From the NCBI GenBank assembly GCA_947307295.1, contig CAMZIQ010000003.1, forward strand, positions 2,743-66,742: a stretch of DNA of 64,000 nt. Direction: 5' to 3'. Both the position numbers and the translations under genes were made by a program. Under the pieces are notes generated by a model, which saw only the letters and a list, made by a program, of their open reading frames with translations, did no database searches and was not told the DNA's origin. This document shows positions 40,985 through 51,550 of the stretch, one piece after another (positions within the stretch are counted from its first letter, which is position 1; every line of letters begins with the position of its first letter). The DNA is from an uncultured Pseudomonadota bacterium (lineage in GTDB: Bacteria > Pseudomonadota > Alphaproteobacteria > Rs-D84).

Positions 40985-43900
40985 ATGACAAATATGTTGC
41001 AAAAGATATTTGGACAAATAGAAACCAAGGAACAATTTGATGCTTTGCGTATTTCTATTGCGTCCCCAGAAGAAATTCTTTCCTGGTCGCATGGTGAAGT
41101 GAAAAAGCCAGAAACAATCAACTATCATTCCTTGAAACCAGAAGCAGAAGGTTTGTTCTGTCAACAAATTTTCGGTCCGGTCAAAGATTACGAATGTGCA
41201 TGCGGAAAATATAAACGTATTAAGTTCCGTGGTGTAGTTTGTGAACGTTGCGGGGTCGAAGTTGGTTCTTCCGCGGTTCGTCGTGAACGTATGGGACATA
41301 TCAAATTGGCTATACCTGTGGCACATACTTGGTTTTTACGTGAAGGTAAAATTGCTACATTGTTGAACAATTTGCCACAAAAGAAATTGGAACAAGTGAT
41401 TTCTTATGATGCTTATATTGTGACAGAACCAGGTTTAACCAGTTTGAAACAATATGATGTCATCAGCGAAGATGAATATCAGGCTGCGGTTGAAGAATTT
41501 GGTGAAGATTCTTTCCATGTCGGCATCGGTGCCGAAGGTGTTCGTTCTATAATCGCTAATTTGGATATGGGCGATGAAAGAACACGTTTGCGTGCTGAAT
41601 TGGCAGAAACAAAATCAGAAGCAAAACGCAAATCGATTATTAAACAATTAAAATTGGTTGAATCATTCTTGGATTCTAAAACTGAACCACAATGGATGTT
41701 GCCTGATATTATCCCGGTGATTCCACCAGATATGCGTCCACTTGTTAACTTAGATGCTGGGCATGTTGCTGCATCTGATTTGAATGATTTGTATCGTCGT
41801 GTGATTATCCGTAATAATCGTTTGAAAAGATTTATGGAAATGCACGCGCCAGAAATCATTGTTCGTAATGAAAAACGTATGTTGCAAGAAGCAGTAGATT
41901 CATTATTTGATAATGGGCACAAGGCACGTCCAATGGTTTCACAAAACCGCCGTCCATTAAAATCTTTGTCAGATTCTTTGCAGGGTAAATCTGGACGTTT
42001 CCGTATGCACATGTTGGGTAAACGTGTAGATTATTCTGGACGTAGTGTTATTACACCTGGACCGACATTGCGTATGCATCAGGTTGGTTTGCCAAAAACA
42101 ATGGCGTTGGAATTGTTTAAACCGTTTGTTTTTGCTAAATTGTTGGCTGGTGATTATGCTAACACTTTAAAGACAGCACGCAAAATGGTTGAAAATGGTG
42201 AAGACATCGTATGGGAAATTTTGGAAAAAGTTATTTACCAACATCCTGTATTGTTAAACCGTGCGCCAACTTTGCATAGATTGTCTTTGATTGCCTTTGA
42301 ACCAGTTTTAATAGAAGGTAAAGCAATCCGTTTGCATCCATTGGTTTGCGCTGGATTTAATGCGGACTTTGACGGTGACCAGATGTCTGTTCATGTTCCT
42401 ATTTCTTTGGAAGCACAATTGGAAGCACGCACATTGATGTTATCAACAAATAATGTGTTGTCGCCTGCTAATGGTGAACCTATGACAGTACCATCACAAG
42501 ACATGGTTTTGGGTGTTTACTATATCTCTTTGATAAACGGCGAACATGATGAAAAGAAATCACCACGTTTTGTAAATATGGACGAAGTGCAAATGGCATT
42601 GGAAAACAAAACAATCACATTGCACACACCAATTTACGCACGTATCAACGGCAAAAAATATGCTACTACCGCAGGTCGTATGATATTGGGTGAATTATTG
42701 CCTAAATCTGACAATATGCCGTTTGATTTGGTAAATAAAGTTATGCCAAGAAAAGAAATCAAAAAATTATTGGCAACAGCGTATGAACGTTGCGGTGATA
42801 AAGCTATGATTTTATTGGCTGACGCTTTGAAAGATACCGGTTTTGAACAGGCTGTGCGCAGTGGTATTTCAATCGGATTTGATGATGTTGTTGTTCCTGC
42901 TGAAAAAGAAGCAATAATTACCAGATCTGAAAAAGCAGCGGCAGAAATTGAATCACAATATCAAAACGGTCTGCTTTCCAGCGGTGAACGTCATAATAAA
43001 TTGATTGATTTGTGGCAGCATACAACCGATGAATTGGGTGATAAAGCATATGCATCACTTGGTAATACAACGGGTGATAATTGGAATTCTATTCACATGA
43101 TGGCTTTGTCTGGTGCTCGTGGTTCTAAGGGTCAGATTCAGCAGTTGGCAGGTATGCGTGGTATGATGCAGAAGCCTGATGGTTCTATTATTGAAGTTCC
43201 AATTATTTCGAACTTTAAAGAAGGTTTAACCATGTCCGAATACTTTACTTCCACCCACGGTGCACGTAAAGGTATGGCGGATACGGCTTTGAAAACTGCT
43301 ACAGCTGGTTATTTGACACGTCGTTTGGTCGATTTGGCAATTAACACAGTTATCACAGAACACGATTGTGGAACGCATGAATTCATTACAGCAAAACCAG
43401 TATACCAAGGTTCTACATTGTCTGTACCATTGGGTGACGTTGTTTTGGGACGCACCGCGGCACATGATGTTGTACATCCTTTAACCAAAGAAGTTATTGT
43501 AAAAGCTGGTGAATTGATTACTAAATCAGCAGCACGTCAAATCAATGAATCTGGATTACCAAGTGTTGATGTCCGCAGCGTTTTGACATGCCAAAGCGAT
43601 GGTTTGTGTGCAAAATGTTATGGTATGGATTTGTCCAGAAATGCGCTGGTCCATGTTGGCGAAGCGGTTGGTTTGATTGCAGGTCAATCAATTGGTGAAC
43701 CTGGAACTCAGTTGACTTTGCGTACTTTCCACATTGGTGGTATTGCCGAAGGTAGTTCAGAATCACACTTTATTGAAATGCCAGTTGCTGGAAAAATCAA
43801 ATTGGATAACGTTAACACAATTACTAATTCTGCCGGTCGTGTGGTTGTTTTATCACGTACTGGTAAAATCGGTGTTGTTGGTGAAGACGGCAAAGAATTA

Positions 43901-45097
43901 TTCTCGGTTGCGTTGCCTTATGCTTCTATGTTGTTGGTTAACGATGGGGACAAGGTTGAAAAAGGTCAAAAAGTCGCGGAATGGGATCCATATTCCAACA
44001 CAATCATTGCTGAAAAAGACGGTATTGTATCGTTCAATGATTTGATTGAAAACGTTTCTTACCAAGAAGAATTAGATGCTGTCACAGGTATCGTTTCTCG
44101 CAAGGTTATAAACTGGAAAACAAATACCAAGAAAGCACTCAGCCCATCAATCCGTATTGTTGATGAAAAAGGCAATGTGATATCTTTGGGTGGCAAAAAA
44201 ATCGCAGAATATTTATTGCCAACATATTCAACCCTGAATGTGTCAAATGGTGATAAGATACATGCTGGCGATATTTTGGCACGTATTCCTGTTCAAACCA
44301 AAAAGACGGGCGATATTACAGGCGGTCTGCCACGTGTTGAAGAATTGTTGGAAATCCGCCGTCCTGCAAATCCTGCTTTGTTGGCAGAGGTTGATGGTAC
44401 AATTGAATTGGAAGATGCAAAATCTAAAATCATCATCCGTATTGAACCGACAGATGGTACAGCGCCAGTTGAATATGCTGTGCCAAAGGGAACAAACCTT
44501 TTGGTTCGCAGCGGCGATATTGTACACAAGGCTGATAAATTGGTTGATGGTGATCCTGTACCACAAGACATATTGCGTATCTTGGGTCAGAAAGCATTGG
44601 CACAATTTATGGTGGAACAAGTTCAACAAGTTTATCGTTTACAGGGCGTGTCCATCAACGACAAACACATTGAAATATTGATACGTGAAATGACACGTCG
44701 TGTAGAAATCAGCGACCCAGGCGATACAACGTTCTTGGGTGGTGCGGTTGTTGACCGTGTTGATTTCGAAGAAGAAAACGCACGTGTTGCCAAAGATAAT
44801 GGTCGCGTGGCAACGGCTTCTCAGGTATTGGTTGGTTTGACTCGTGCATCATTAACTTCACGTTCATTCATATCAAATGCGTCGTTCCAACAGACTACAA
44901 AGGTGTTGGTAGATGCAGCAATTAATGGTTCAACTGATAAATTGGTTGGCGTGAATGAAAATGTGGTTGTTGGTCGTCTTGTTCCAATTGGAACTGGGGC
45001 ATACGTCCGTCGCGTTCGTGAAATTGCCAAAGAAGAAGAAAAAGCTGAAAAACTGGCACGCGAAGGCGGAAAACAACAGCAATTGTTGGACATCTAA
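40985..45097 (+). CDS. rpoC: RNA polymerase beta' subunit
   Basis: Zinc finger, NADFDGDQM, GEPGTQLT, DITGGLPR. Confidence 0.99.
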   Translation: MTNMLQKIFGQIETKEQFDALRISIASPEEILSWSHGEVKKPETINYHSLKPEAEGLFCQQIFGPVKDYECACGKYKRIKFRGVVCERCGVEVGSSAVRRERMGHIKLAIPVAHTWFLREGKIATLLNNLPQKKLEQVISYDAYIVTEPGLTSLKQYDVISEDEYQAAVEEFGEDSFHVGIGAEGVRSIIANLDMGDERTRLRAELAETKSEAKRKSIIKQLKLVESFLDSKTEPQWMLPDIIPVIPPDMRPLVNLDAGHVAASDLNDLYRRVIIRNNRLKRFMEMHAPEIIVRNEKRMLQEAVDSLFDNGHKARPMVSQNRRPLKSLSDSLQGKSGRFRMHMLGKRVDYSGRSVITPGPTLRMHQVGLPKTMALELFKPFVFAKLLAGDYANTLKTARKMVENGEDIVWEILEKVIYQHPVLLNRAPTLHRLSLIAFEPVLIEGKAIRLHPLVCAGFNADFDGDQMSVHVPISLEAQLEARTLMLSTNNVLSPANGEPMTVPSQDMVLGVYYISLINGEHDEKKSPRFVNMDEVQMALENKTITLHTPIYARINGKKYATTAGRMILGELLPKSDNMPFDLVNKVMPRKEIKKLLATAYERCGDKAMILLADALKDTGFEQAVRSGISIGFDDVVVPAEKEAIITRSEKAAAEIESQYQNGLLSSGERHNKLIDLWQHTTDELGDKAYASLGNTTGDNWNSIHMMALSGARGSKGQIQQLAGMRGMMQKPDGSIIEVPIISNFKEGLTMSEYFTSTHGARKGMADTALKTATAGYLTRRLVDLAINTVITEHDCGTHEFITAKPVYQGSTLSVPLGDVVLGRTAAHDVVHPLTKEVIVKAGELITKSAARQINESGLPSVDVRSVLTCQSDGLCAKCYGMDLSRNALVHVGEAVGLIAGQSIGEPGTQLTLRTFHIGGIAEGSSESHFIEMPVAGKIKLDNVNTITNSAGRVVVLSRTGKIGVVGEDGKELFSVALPYASMLLVNDGDKVEKGQKVAEWDPYSNTIIAEKDGIVSFNDLIENVSYQEELDAVTGIVSRKVINWKTNTKKALSPSIRIVDEKGNVISLGGKKIAEYLLPTYSTLNVSNGDKIHAGDILARIPVQTKKTGDITGGLPRVEELLEIRRPANPALLAEVDGTIELEDAKSKIIIRIEPTDGTAPVEYAVPKGTNLLVRSGDIVHKADKLVDGDPVPQDILRILGQKALAQFMVEQVQQVYRLQGVSINDKHIEILIREMTRRVEISDPGDTTFLGGAVVDRVDFEEENARVAKDNGRVATASQVLVGLTRASLTSRSFISNASFQQTTKVLVDAAINGSTDKLVGVNENVVVGRLVPIGTGAYVRRVREIAKEEEKAEKLAREGGKQQQLLDI

Positions 45098-45101
45098 TAT
45101 G

Positions 45102-45128
45102 AAATACCCGGTTAAATACCGGGTATTA
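45102..45128 (+). terminator. Hairpin after rpoC
   Basis: AATACCCGGT-TAAAT-ACCGGGTATT; weak U-tail. Confidence 0.55.
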
Positions 45129-45178
45129 ACAACAGAGTGGGAAATAAAAAGAGTAAATAAAAAATAAAGGTGAATCAT

Positions 45179-45586
45179 ATGAGACAAAATATGTCAGAAC
45201 AGATTAAAAAACTTCCTCATGAAAACGTGATGAAAGCGGTGTGGGCTAATTTGAAAGGGGAAAAGTTAACATACCCAGGTATAGATAATTTTATAGGTAT
45301 CGCCAGATTGCAATGGGTAATGATAGATGCACATTACAATGATTACCTTTTTACCGAACCAGAATATTTTAAAATCGCGAGATTTGCAGCAAACAAATGG
45401 CCAGAAGAAATACATCGTGTTCATGCTGATAAATTGTCTGCCGAACATTTTAATGAGGTTGTGTCAACTGCCTTACGTGCATGCTACGGGGATGAAAAAA
45501 AGCAGCAATTAATTAAACATTTTGAAAAAAGCAAATCTGTAATGCCGATGTTTGCAGCAACAAAAACAAACCAATATGATGCATAG
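45179..45586 (+). CDS. Hypothetical protein
   Basis: SD AAGGTG; no recognised motif. Confidence 0.65.
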   Translation: MRQNMSEQIKKLPHENVMKAVWANLKGEKLTYPGIDNFIGIARLQWVMIDAHYNDYLFTEPEYFKIARFAANKWPEEIHRVHADKLSAEHFNEVVSTALRACYGDEKKQQLIKHFEKSKSVMPMFAATKTNQYDA

Positions 45587-45678
45587 TATATTAAATTTAT
45601 AAAAAGATTATAACTTTTTCCTTGCAAAAGGCTAATAATTATATAGAATTAAAGACTGTCAAATAAAAGGATTGTAAA

Positions 45679-45828
45679 ATGGCAACTCCAAAAAGTAAAA
45701 CAAGTAAAGCTCGTTCTGCACAACGTCGTTCTCATGATGCGTTGTCTGTAATGCCAGTAAGCGTTTGCAAAAAATGTGGCGAAAAGAAACGTCCACATCA
45801 TGTTTGCCCTGCGTGTGGATCTAAATAA
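45679..45828 (+). CDS. rpmF: 50S ribosomal protein L32 (zinc-binding form; absent from the ORF track)
   Basis: MATPKSKTSKARSAQRRSHDAL...CKKCGEKKRPHHVCPACGSK; precedes plsX. Confidence 0.95.
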   Translation: MATPKSKTSKARSAQRRSHDALSVMPVSVCKKCGEKKRPHHVCPACGSK

Positions 45829-45892
45829 AACTTGTAAAAGGAATCAAAGGGGGCAGGGATAATTTATCCACTTGCCCTTTTTTTATATAAAA

Positions 45893-46969
45893 ATGTCAGA
45901 AGCTAAAAGAATTATTTCAATAGATGCAATGGGCGGTGATTTAGCACCAACTGCTGTGTTTGGCGGTATGAATCAGTTTTTATACCAATATGGTGAAGAC
46001 GGCGTGTTTTTCCGTGTTTTTGGACCGGAAAAGAAATTGCGCTCGTTATTAAAGAAATTTCCACGTGTTGCGCGTAATTGTGAAATTATTAATGCAAACG
46101 AAGTAATTTCTGGAACTGATAAAGTTCGTGAAGTTATCCGTCATGCCCAAGATACTTCGATGTACATGGCGATAAAAGATGTCCGCGAAGGTAATTCGTC
46201 TGCGGTTGTATCTGCTGGGAATACTGGGGTTTTGATGGCTTTGTCAAAATTGGCATTAAAGACAGTTGATGGTATTTCGCGTCCTGCGATAACGACTATG
46301 TTGCCATCTGGAAACGGTGATACACGTGTTGTGGGGTTGGATTTGGGTGCTAATGTTCAATGTGATGCTGAAATATTATTTGATTTTGCTATTCTTGGTA
46401 GTGTTTATGCCGAAATCATCGGCGGTATGGAACGCCCACGTGTTGGTATTTTAAATATCGGCGAAGAAGAAACCAAGGGTGGCGAATCTTTGCAACGTTT
46501 AAACAAAGTATTAACAGAACATGCAGACGAATTGCCTTATGAATACATCGGATTTGTAGAGGGTAATGATGTCACCGCTGGAAATGTCCAAGTTGTCGTC
46601 ACAGATGGCTTTACAGGCAATGTTATGTTAAAAACAGTAGAAGGTACCGCAAAAATGATTTCTCGCATTGTAAAGGCAAATTACAAGCGTTCTTTGATTG
46701 CGATATTGGGGACATTTTTCCTTATTCATTTGTTTAAAAGATTAAAGAATAAAATCGACCCACGTTCTTATGCTGGCGCAGTATTTTTAGGATTAAATGG
46801 TTTTTCGATAAAAACTCATGGGAACAGCGATGCTTTGGCATGGTCGCATGCGCTGGAATATGCGGCAAATCTGTGTAAATCAGATTTTTATGGTAAAATT
46901 CGCGAACGTACTAATTCTTTGTCAAAGATAAAAGAAGAAATAAAGACGTTAAAAGATATCAAAGATTAA
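45893..46969 (+). CDS. plsX: Phosphate acyltransferase PlsX
   Basis: IDAMGGD, SAGNTG, DLGAN, NIGEEETKG, DGFTGN. Confidence 0.97.
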   Translation: MSEAKRIISIDAMGGDLAPTAVFGGMNQFLYQYGEDGVFFRVFGPEKKLRSLLKKFPRVARNCEIINANEVISGTDKVREVIRHAQDTSMYMAIKDVREGNSSAVVSAGNTGVLMALSKLALKTVDGISRPAITTMLPSGNGDTRVVGLDLGANVQCDAEILFDFAILGSVYAEIIGGMERPRVGILNIGEEETKGGESLQRLNKVLTEHADELPYEYIGFVEGNDVTAGNVQVVVTDGFTGNVMLKTVEGTAKMISRIVKANYKRSLIAILGTFFLIHLFKRLKNKIDPRSYAGAVFLGLNGFSIKTHGNSDALAWSHALEYAANLCKSDFYGKIRERTNSLSKIKEEIKTLKDIKD

Positions 46970-46985
46970 TTTTCCCGCTGTTGTT

Positions 46986-47140
46986 GCACCATACCATAAT
47001 TCCCCCTTTGGAACCCGCACCACACTATAATTCCCCCTTTTGAGGGGGAGGGCCTGCAAGGCGGGGGAGGTTGATTCTCCCCCAGCATGGGGGAGTGCGG
47101 CGTGGCACCGCTTGCGGTGACGGACGGACGGAGTTGGGTT
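46986..47140. repeat. GC-rich REP/MITE-like palindromic element
   Basis: ~25-nt direct repeats at 46986 and 47017; hairpins TCCCCCT/AGGGGGA, CTCCCCCA/TGGGGGAG, CACCGC/GCGGTG. Confidence 0.6.
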
Positions 47141-47182
47141 GTTGACACCAAGACTGGAAATCAAAGATATATTTATTTGTTT

Positions 47183-47221
47183 AAACAAAAAAAGCGTTGT
47201 TTCCAACGCTTTTTTGTTTTT
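47183..47221. terminator. Bidirectional terminator
   Basis: AAAAAAGCGTTG-TTTC-CAACGCTTTTTT. Confidence 0.85.
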
Positions 47222-47227
47222 TCTCTA

Positions 47228-49876
47228 TTACGGATTAGTATTGCTTGTCGTACGAATACATGCCCATCTCATTTCATATGTCGTGGTAACGTCTTTTATT
47301 GTATAAGCTGTATAACCGGATGGGCAAGAACATCTAGCCACACGACCACCAGTAGATTCTGTTAGAACAAAGTCATCATTATTGTGGTTATACGGATGTT
47401 CAACATTTTCGGTTTCGTCACTGCTTTCATCATACTCGTAAACAGGTACCGTAGGACATGGTTTACATTCTGTCTTGTATCCATTTGTTCCAGGTAACAA
47501 AGTTCCATCACCAATACCGTCATCATACAGATAATAACCCGCAGGACATGTCTGTAAAACACTGGCAACCCAGTCGGTCATTGCACGCAATGTCAATTTC
47601 ACACCGTCTTTGACATGGTATCCGCCAACAGACATACATGTCGTGATTTCATAAGCACATGCATTCACAGCAGTCTTGGACGCAGTAGATGAAGTATTTG
47701 ATTCTTCATATCCATTTGTAGACAAACAAGATTGAACATCAGACCGACATCCTTCGGCATAATCTGTCAAGATTTCATCTTGTTTAACCTTAATCTTAGC
47801 AAGGGTGTTAACCAGATATTGACGAACAACTTCATTCGAAGGTATATACGTTTTGTTTGTTTTCTTGGTGTTGAAAGTATAATCTTGGCATTGTTTCATA
47901 ACAGAAGCACACATACCATGTACTTTGTCGTCTTTATCAATATAACCAATCTTTTGTAATAAATACAAAGCCATGTTGTCTGTTGTCGAAGAATCTTTTA
48001 AACTGGTATAAGATTTTCCCCAAACACTCAAAGCATCATCAATGTATCCACCCAGGTTTTCTTGTGAACCAGCACTCCACGCATTTTTGTCTGTTTTGGA
48101 TATATCAACTGTTGAACCACTAATTTCGATATCGTCATAATTCCATGTAGAATACAGATTGTACATACCACCACTTATCCAATTATCAATGGTTTCGCAG
48201 TTGGATTCTCCGTATACATTACAATCACAGCAATCTAAAATAGCCTGTTGGGCTTCTGTGATATTAGACAGGCTAGAAAGTGAGGAACAGGTTTCACCAA
48301 GGATATTATAATCACTACCTGTGTTACAAGATTTACAATGTTCTGAACATAATTGCGTATTCGTTCTTGCTTGGCCGCCAGAAACACCAGGTGTTCCGCC
48401 CTTTACAATTTCGCCATTAGCCAAATATTTTCCGGTTGGGTCCAAACATAATTCGTAATCAGAACCGCAAACATATTCATCTTGCATACAAGAATCAATA
48501 GCCGCGACACAACCACGCAAATCGTATGAATTTCTGTTTTGTGCCAACAGCAAACGTGCCTGTTGCAAGATATTTTTTGCGTTCGTCACATTGTTTTTCA
48601 TTTCCGTGTTGGCTTCGTTCAAACTGCGTTCATAAGCAACGCATTGTTTGTCGATTTCCAAATCATAAGAATTTGTAATTACGTTTGCATCTATACCCTG
48701 AGCCACACAGGAATTCAACACAGATGTTTTGCAACGATTTGCAGCAGTTTTATATAATTGTTCACCGCGTTGATTAGATACGCTGTTTGTGTTTATCCCT
48801 GTATTTCCCAAAAATGAATTCAAATCAAACCCAGATGTGAAATCAGCCGACAACAATCCATTTAAATCTAATGAAATCCCGCTGGTTGTAGCATAAGAAG
48901 ATGCATTTGGCGTAGAAACATCAACCAGTTTCTTTTTCAAAGCATCCAAACTGTTCTTTAACTGAGAAGAATCAGAATTGCTTTTCATCGCCAGTTCTGC
49001 TTCGGTTTCTGTGAACAATGATTCTATTTGAGAACCAGTCAAACCAATGTATTTAATCTTTTGAACAACATCTTGGAAATCTTCTGTTGCCTGAGCCAAT
49101 GCTGTTTCGGTTTTTTCATAATTTTTCAAATTTTTAGAACAAGAACAACGTCCCTGATTATCGTCCAAAACATTACAATAATTATCCATACATGCAGCAT
49201 ATTGAGCCTTGCAATAATCGGTCAATTCAGCCAACGCAGACAAATTATTTGTCGTTGTGGAAATGTCTTCTTGGGTAATAACAGTTGTTGGTGTTGGGGC
49301 TGTTGCCGTTGCACTAGATACACGGGCGGTCGCACGACGATTAGTTGACCCACGAGATAAATACAACGCGTTGCCAGAATCATTTAATTGTGAAGAACTG
49401 GTAGAAATGCCCCTGTTAACAACAGGCATTACAGAATTGTTATATGTTCCAACACGTGCCACAGTTGCCCTGGTCCCTTGGGCGTTACGAGAAGTCACAT
49501 TTTGACGAGATGCCCTGGATGATGCAGCCCTGCTGACAACATTGGTTGTTTTTGCCGTACGAGCAGTTGTCCCACGATTTGAAGATGCCGTGTTCCTTGG
49601 CGAAGAAGCAATTGCACGCGAAGAAGAATTTGTACGAGATGAAGCGTTTGTCCCAGATGATACCGCGCGCGATGCAGCCGTTGAACGATTGATGTTTGTC
49701 CGTTGAACAACATTTTGTTTAGCAGCGGTTTCTGTTTCTGCTTCGCCAGCATTAACATCTTCGGCATCAATCATGTCGTCTGTATATTCGACAATTTCGT
49801 CATAATAAACCGGTGCAACCTCTGCAAAAGCGGGCAAAACCAGCAAACTACTTAATACAGTGATAAATCTTTTCAT
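47228..49876 (-). CDS. Large secreted Cys-rich hypothetical protein
   Basis: Signal peptide MKRF...AFA; S/T/R/A low-complexity region; about 30 Cys in helical modules. Confidence 0.75.
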   Translation of the reverse strand: MKRFITVLSSLLVLPAFAEVAPVYYDEIVEYTDDMIDAEDVNAGEAETETAAKQNVVQRTNINRSTAASRAVSSGTNASSRTNSSSRAIASSPRNTASSNRGTTARTAKTTNVVSRAASSRASRQNVTSRNAQGTRATVARVGTYNNSVMPVVNRGISTSSSQLNDSGNALYLSRGSTNRRATARVSSATATAPTPTTVITQEDISTTTNNLSALAELTDYCKAQYAACMDNYCNVLDDNQGRCSCSKNLKNYEKTETALAQATEDFQDVVQKIKYIGLTGSQIESLFTETEAELAMKSNSDSSQLKNSLDALKKKLVDVSTPNASSYATTSGISLDLNGLLSADFTSGFDLNSFLGNTGINTNSVSNQRGEQLYKTAANRCKTSVLNSCVAQGIDANVITNSYDLEIDKQCVAYERSLNEANTEMKNNVTNAKNILQQARLLLAQNRNSYDLRGCVAAIDSCMQDEYVCGSDYELCLDPTGKYLANGEIVKGGTPGVSGGQARTNTQLCSEHCKSCNTGSDYNILGETCSSLSSLSNITEAQQAILDCCDCNVYGESNCETIDNWISGGMYNLYSTWNYDDIEISGSTVDISKTDKNAWSAGSQENLGGYIDDALSVWGKSYTSLKDSSTTDNMALYLLQKIGYIDKDDKVHGMCASVMKQCQDYTFNTKKTNKTYIPSNEVVRQYLVNTLAKIKVKQDEILTDYAEGCRSDVQSCLSTNGYEESNTSSTASKTAVNACAYEITTCMSVGGYHVKDGVKLTLRAMTDWVASVLQTCPAGYYLYDDGIGDGTLLPGTNGYKTECKPCPTVPVYEYDESSDETENVEHPYNHNNDDFVLTESTGGRVARCSCPSGYTAYTIKDVTTTYEMRWACIRTTSNTNP

Positions 49877-49957
49877 CTCGAGACATCCTTCCTTTTGAAA
49901 TAATTTTATCACAAAGGTGATTTTTTTACAAGCATAAAAAATTGATAAAATACAAAT

Positions 49958-50407
49958 TTATTCGCCAATTTTTAAATTTGGACGAGCCTTTCTTAAGTTT
50001 GATAGTGAAGTTTTTTGCGCGTTAACAAAATCAGACGGATTCCATATTTGAAAACTGTTGCCACGACCAACAAACAAAGCAGTATCGTGTATGTTTGCGT
50101 GTTTTAACAAATCTTCTGGGATAATAATGCGCCCAGTCACATCAAACATCAATGGTCGAGCATCTGCAAAAAGCATAGCAGTCAAATCGTCCAATTCATT
50201 GTCAAATATACCCATTTTATCAGCCGCATTAGCCATCTTTTCCATGCGAGACATAGACAGCCCTTCGATACAGTTGTGGGTAAAAGAACGATAAAGAACA
50301 ACACCAGGAAAATTTTCGTTGCTTAACGAAGAACGAAAGGCAGCCGGTACAGAAATACGTCCCTTAGTATCCAAACGATTTTCATAAGAAGAAAGAAACA
50401 GACCCAT
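49958..50407 (-). CDS. mraZ: Transcriptional regulator MraZ
   Basis: Two SpoVT-AbrB repeats 'LDTKGRISVP' and 'DVTGRIIIP', 'FQIWNP'. Confidence 0.93.
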   Translation of the reverse strand: MGLFLSSYENRLDTKGRISVPAAFRSSLSNENFPGVVLYRSFTHNCIEGLSMSRMEKMANAADKMGIFDNELDDLTAMLFADARPLMFDVTGRIIIPEDLLKHANIHDTALFVGRGNSFQIWNPSDFVNAQKTSLSNLRKARPNLKIGE

Positions 50408-50450
50408 TTTTTACCCGATTTTTGTTGTTGCCTTAGGTTCTTCAGATGGC

Positions 50451-50516
50451 AATTTAGCAAATGTTTTTATGGTTGTCAATGACAAATAATAATTATTTTA
50501 TGGGATTTTATGGTCT
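50451..50516 (-). promoter_or_regulatory. mraZ promoter with TTTTATGG repeats (possible MraZ boxes)
   Basis: TTGACA (50479-74), 17 nt, TAAATT (50456-51); TTTTATGG x3 on the plus strand. Confidence 0.5.
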
Positions 50517-50775
50517 GATATAGTAAAAACCGGGATTTTTTAAATAAAATGCAAATATTTAATTTTTATGCTTGACCAACGATTCGTTTTTGTTCTAAGA
50601 TGCTTGTATAGACAAAGGGGAAACAAGTTAAAAGTGCCAGAAATCTGAATAAAAGCGGAAATCTGGGAAAGTTTAAAAAATGGAAAAAAATAAAAATAAT
50701 ATTTTGTAAATACATCAGTAAATACAAAAAATTTATTTTTTTCTTACAAAAATAAAAAGGAAAGGAGGAAAAAAC

Positions 50776-51111
50776 ATGCCAAAAAACATCAAAGAGATTA
50801 TGATTGCTCTGAATAAGGTTTTGACAACAACGGTATGGGTTAATGCAGACCGTCAAATCGTATCATTAAGCGATGAATTGCATATTGGAAAAAATAATGC
50901 ACCACGCTCTATTGAAGATTTGTCACGCGCCGCATTAATTGGCGCGTATGTTTCATTACAAATCAGAACTGACAATTTTGATGTAGCTGCCGAAACTTTG
51001 GAAACATCTGATTTAGCATTGCGTGTCAAAGAAATGGTTTTTGCAGAAGCGAAAAAAATCATGGATGCAGATGACGCAGAAGGAAAGTCTACAAATCGCA
51101 TGGCTGCATAA
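50776..51111 (+). CDS. Hypothetical protein
   Basis: Strong SD AAGGAGG; no recognised motif. Confidence 0.75.
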   Translation: MPKNIKEIMIALNKVLTTTVWVNADRQIVSLSDELHIGKNNAPRSIEDLSRAALIGAYVSLQIRTDNFDVAAETLETSDLALRVKEMVFAEAKKIMDADDAEGKSTNRMAA

Positions 51112-51175
51112 AAGTTTCCGCTATAGCGGAAGGAAGGGAGCCCCACCACAGATTATTTCTGTGGTGGACTTTTTT

Positions 51176-51481
51176 TTATCGTCCGTAATTTAACATGCGG
51201 ACATCATCAAATTCTGGGTGTCGCATGAAAATTTCAGAAATATATGGGCATATAGATATGATTTTGCGATGTTGTGCCCGCGCCATAGAGATAATTTCTT
51301 GAACCAGATACAATTCAATTTCATCTGTCGGATAATTTGAATCAATTTCCGCATCAGAAATAATAATTTTATCTTTGCCTGTGCGAACAAAAAACAAACT
51401 GCCGATACGTTTTCCTTTGCATATTGCATATATTCGACAACCATTATCTTCGATTTGAAAATTTAAATCATTTTTTTTCAT
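51176..51481 (-). CDS. GNAT N-acetyltransferase (YjdJ-like)
   Basis: 'KIISICPYISEIFMRHPEFDDV'. Confidence 0.8.
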   Translation of the reverse strand: MKKNDLNFQIEDNGCRIYAICKGKRIGSLFFVRTGKDKIIISDAEIDSNYPTDEIELYLVQEIISMARAQHRKIISICPYISEIFMRHPEFDDVRMLNYGR

Positions 51482-51550
51482 AAAAAAATCCTGTGTATTT
51501 GATTTTCAATATATCACAGGATTATGTTTAAACTATAAGATTGATTTCTT

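Noticed and set aside
46949..47365. Short ORFs across the GC-rich element
   Set aside because: Translations of palindromic repeat DNA (Pro/Gly-rich); two of the three also overlap real genes.
50566..50856. 96-aa Phe-rich minus-strand ORF
   Set aside because: Artefact of the A-rich promoter region; overlaps the SD-supported 50776 gene.
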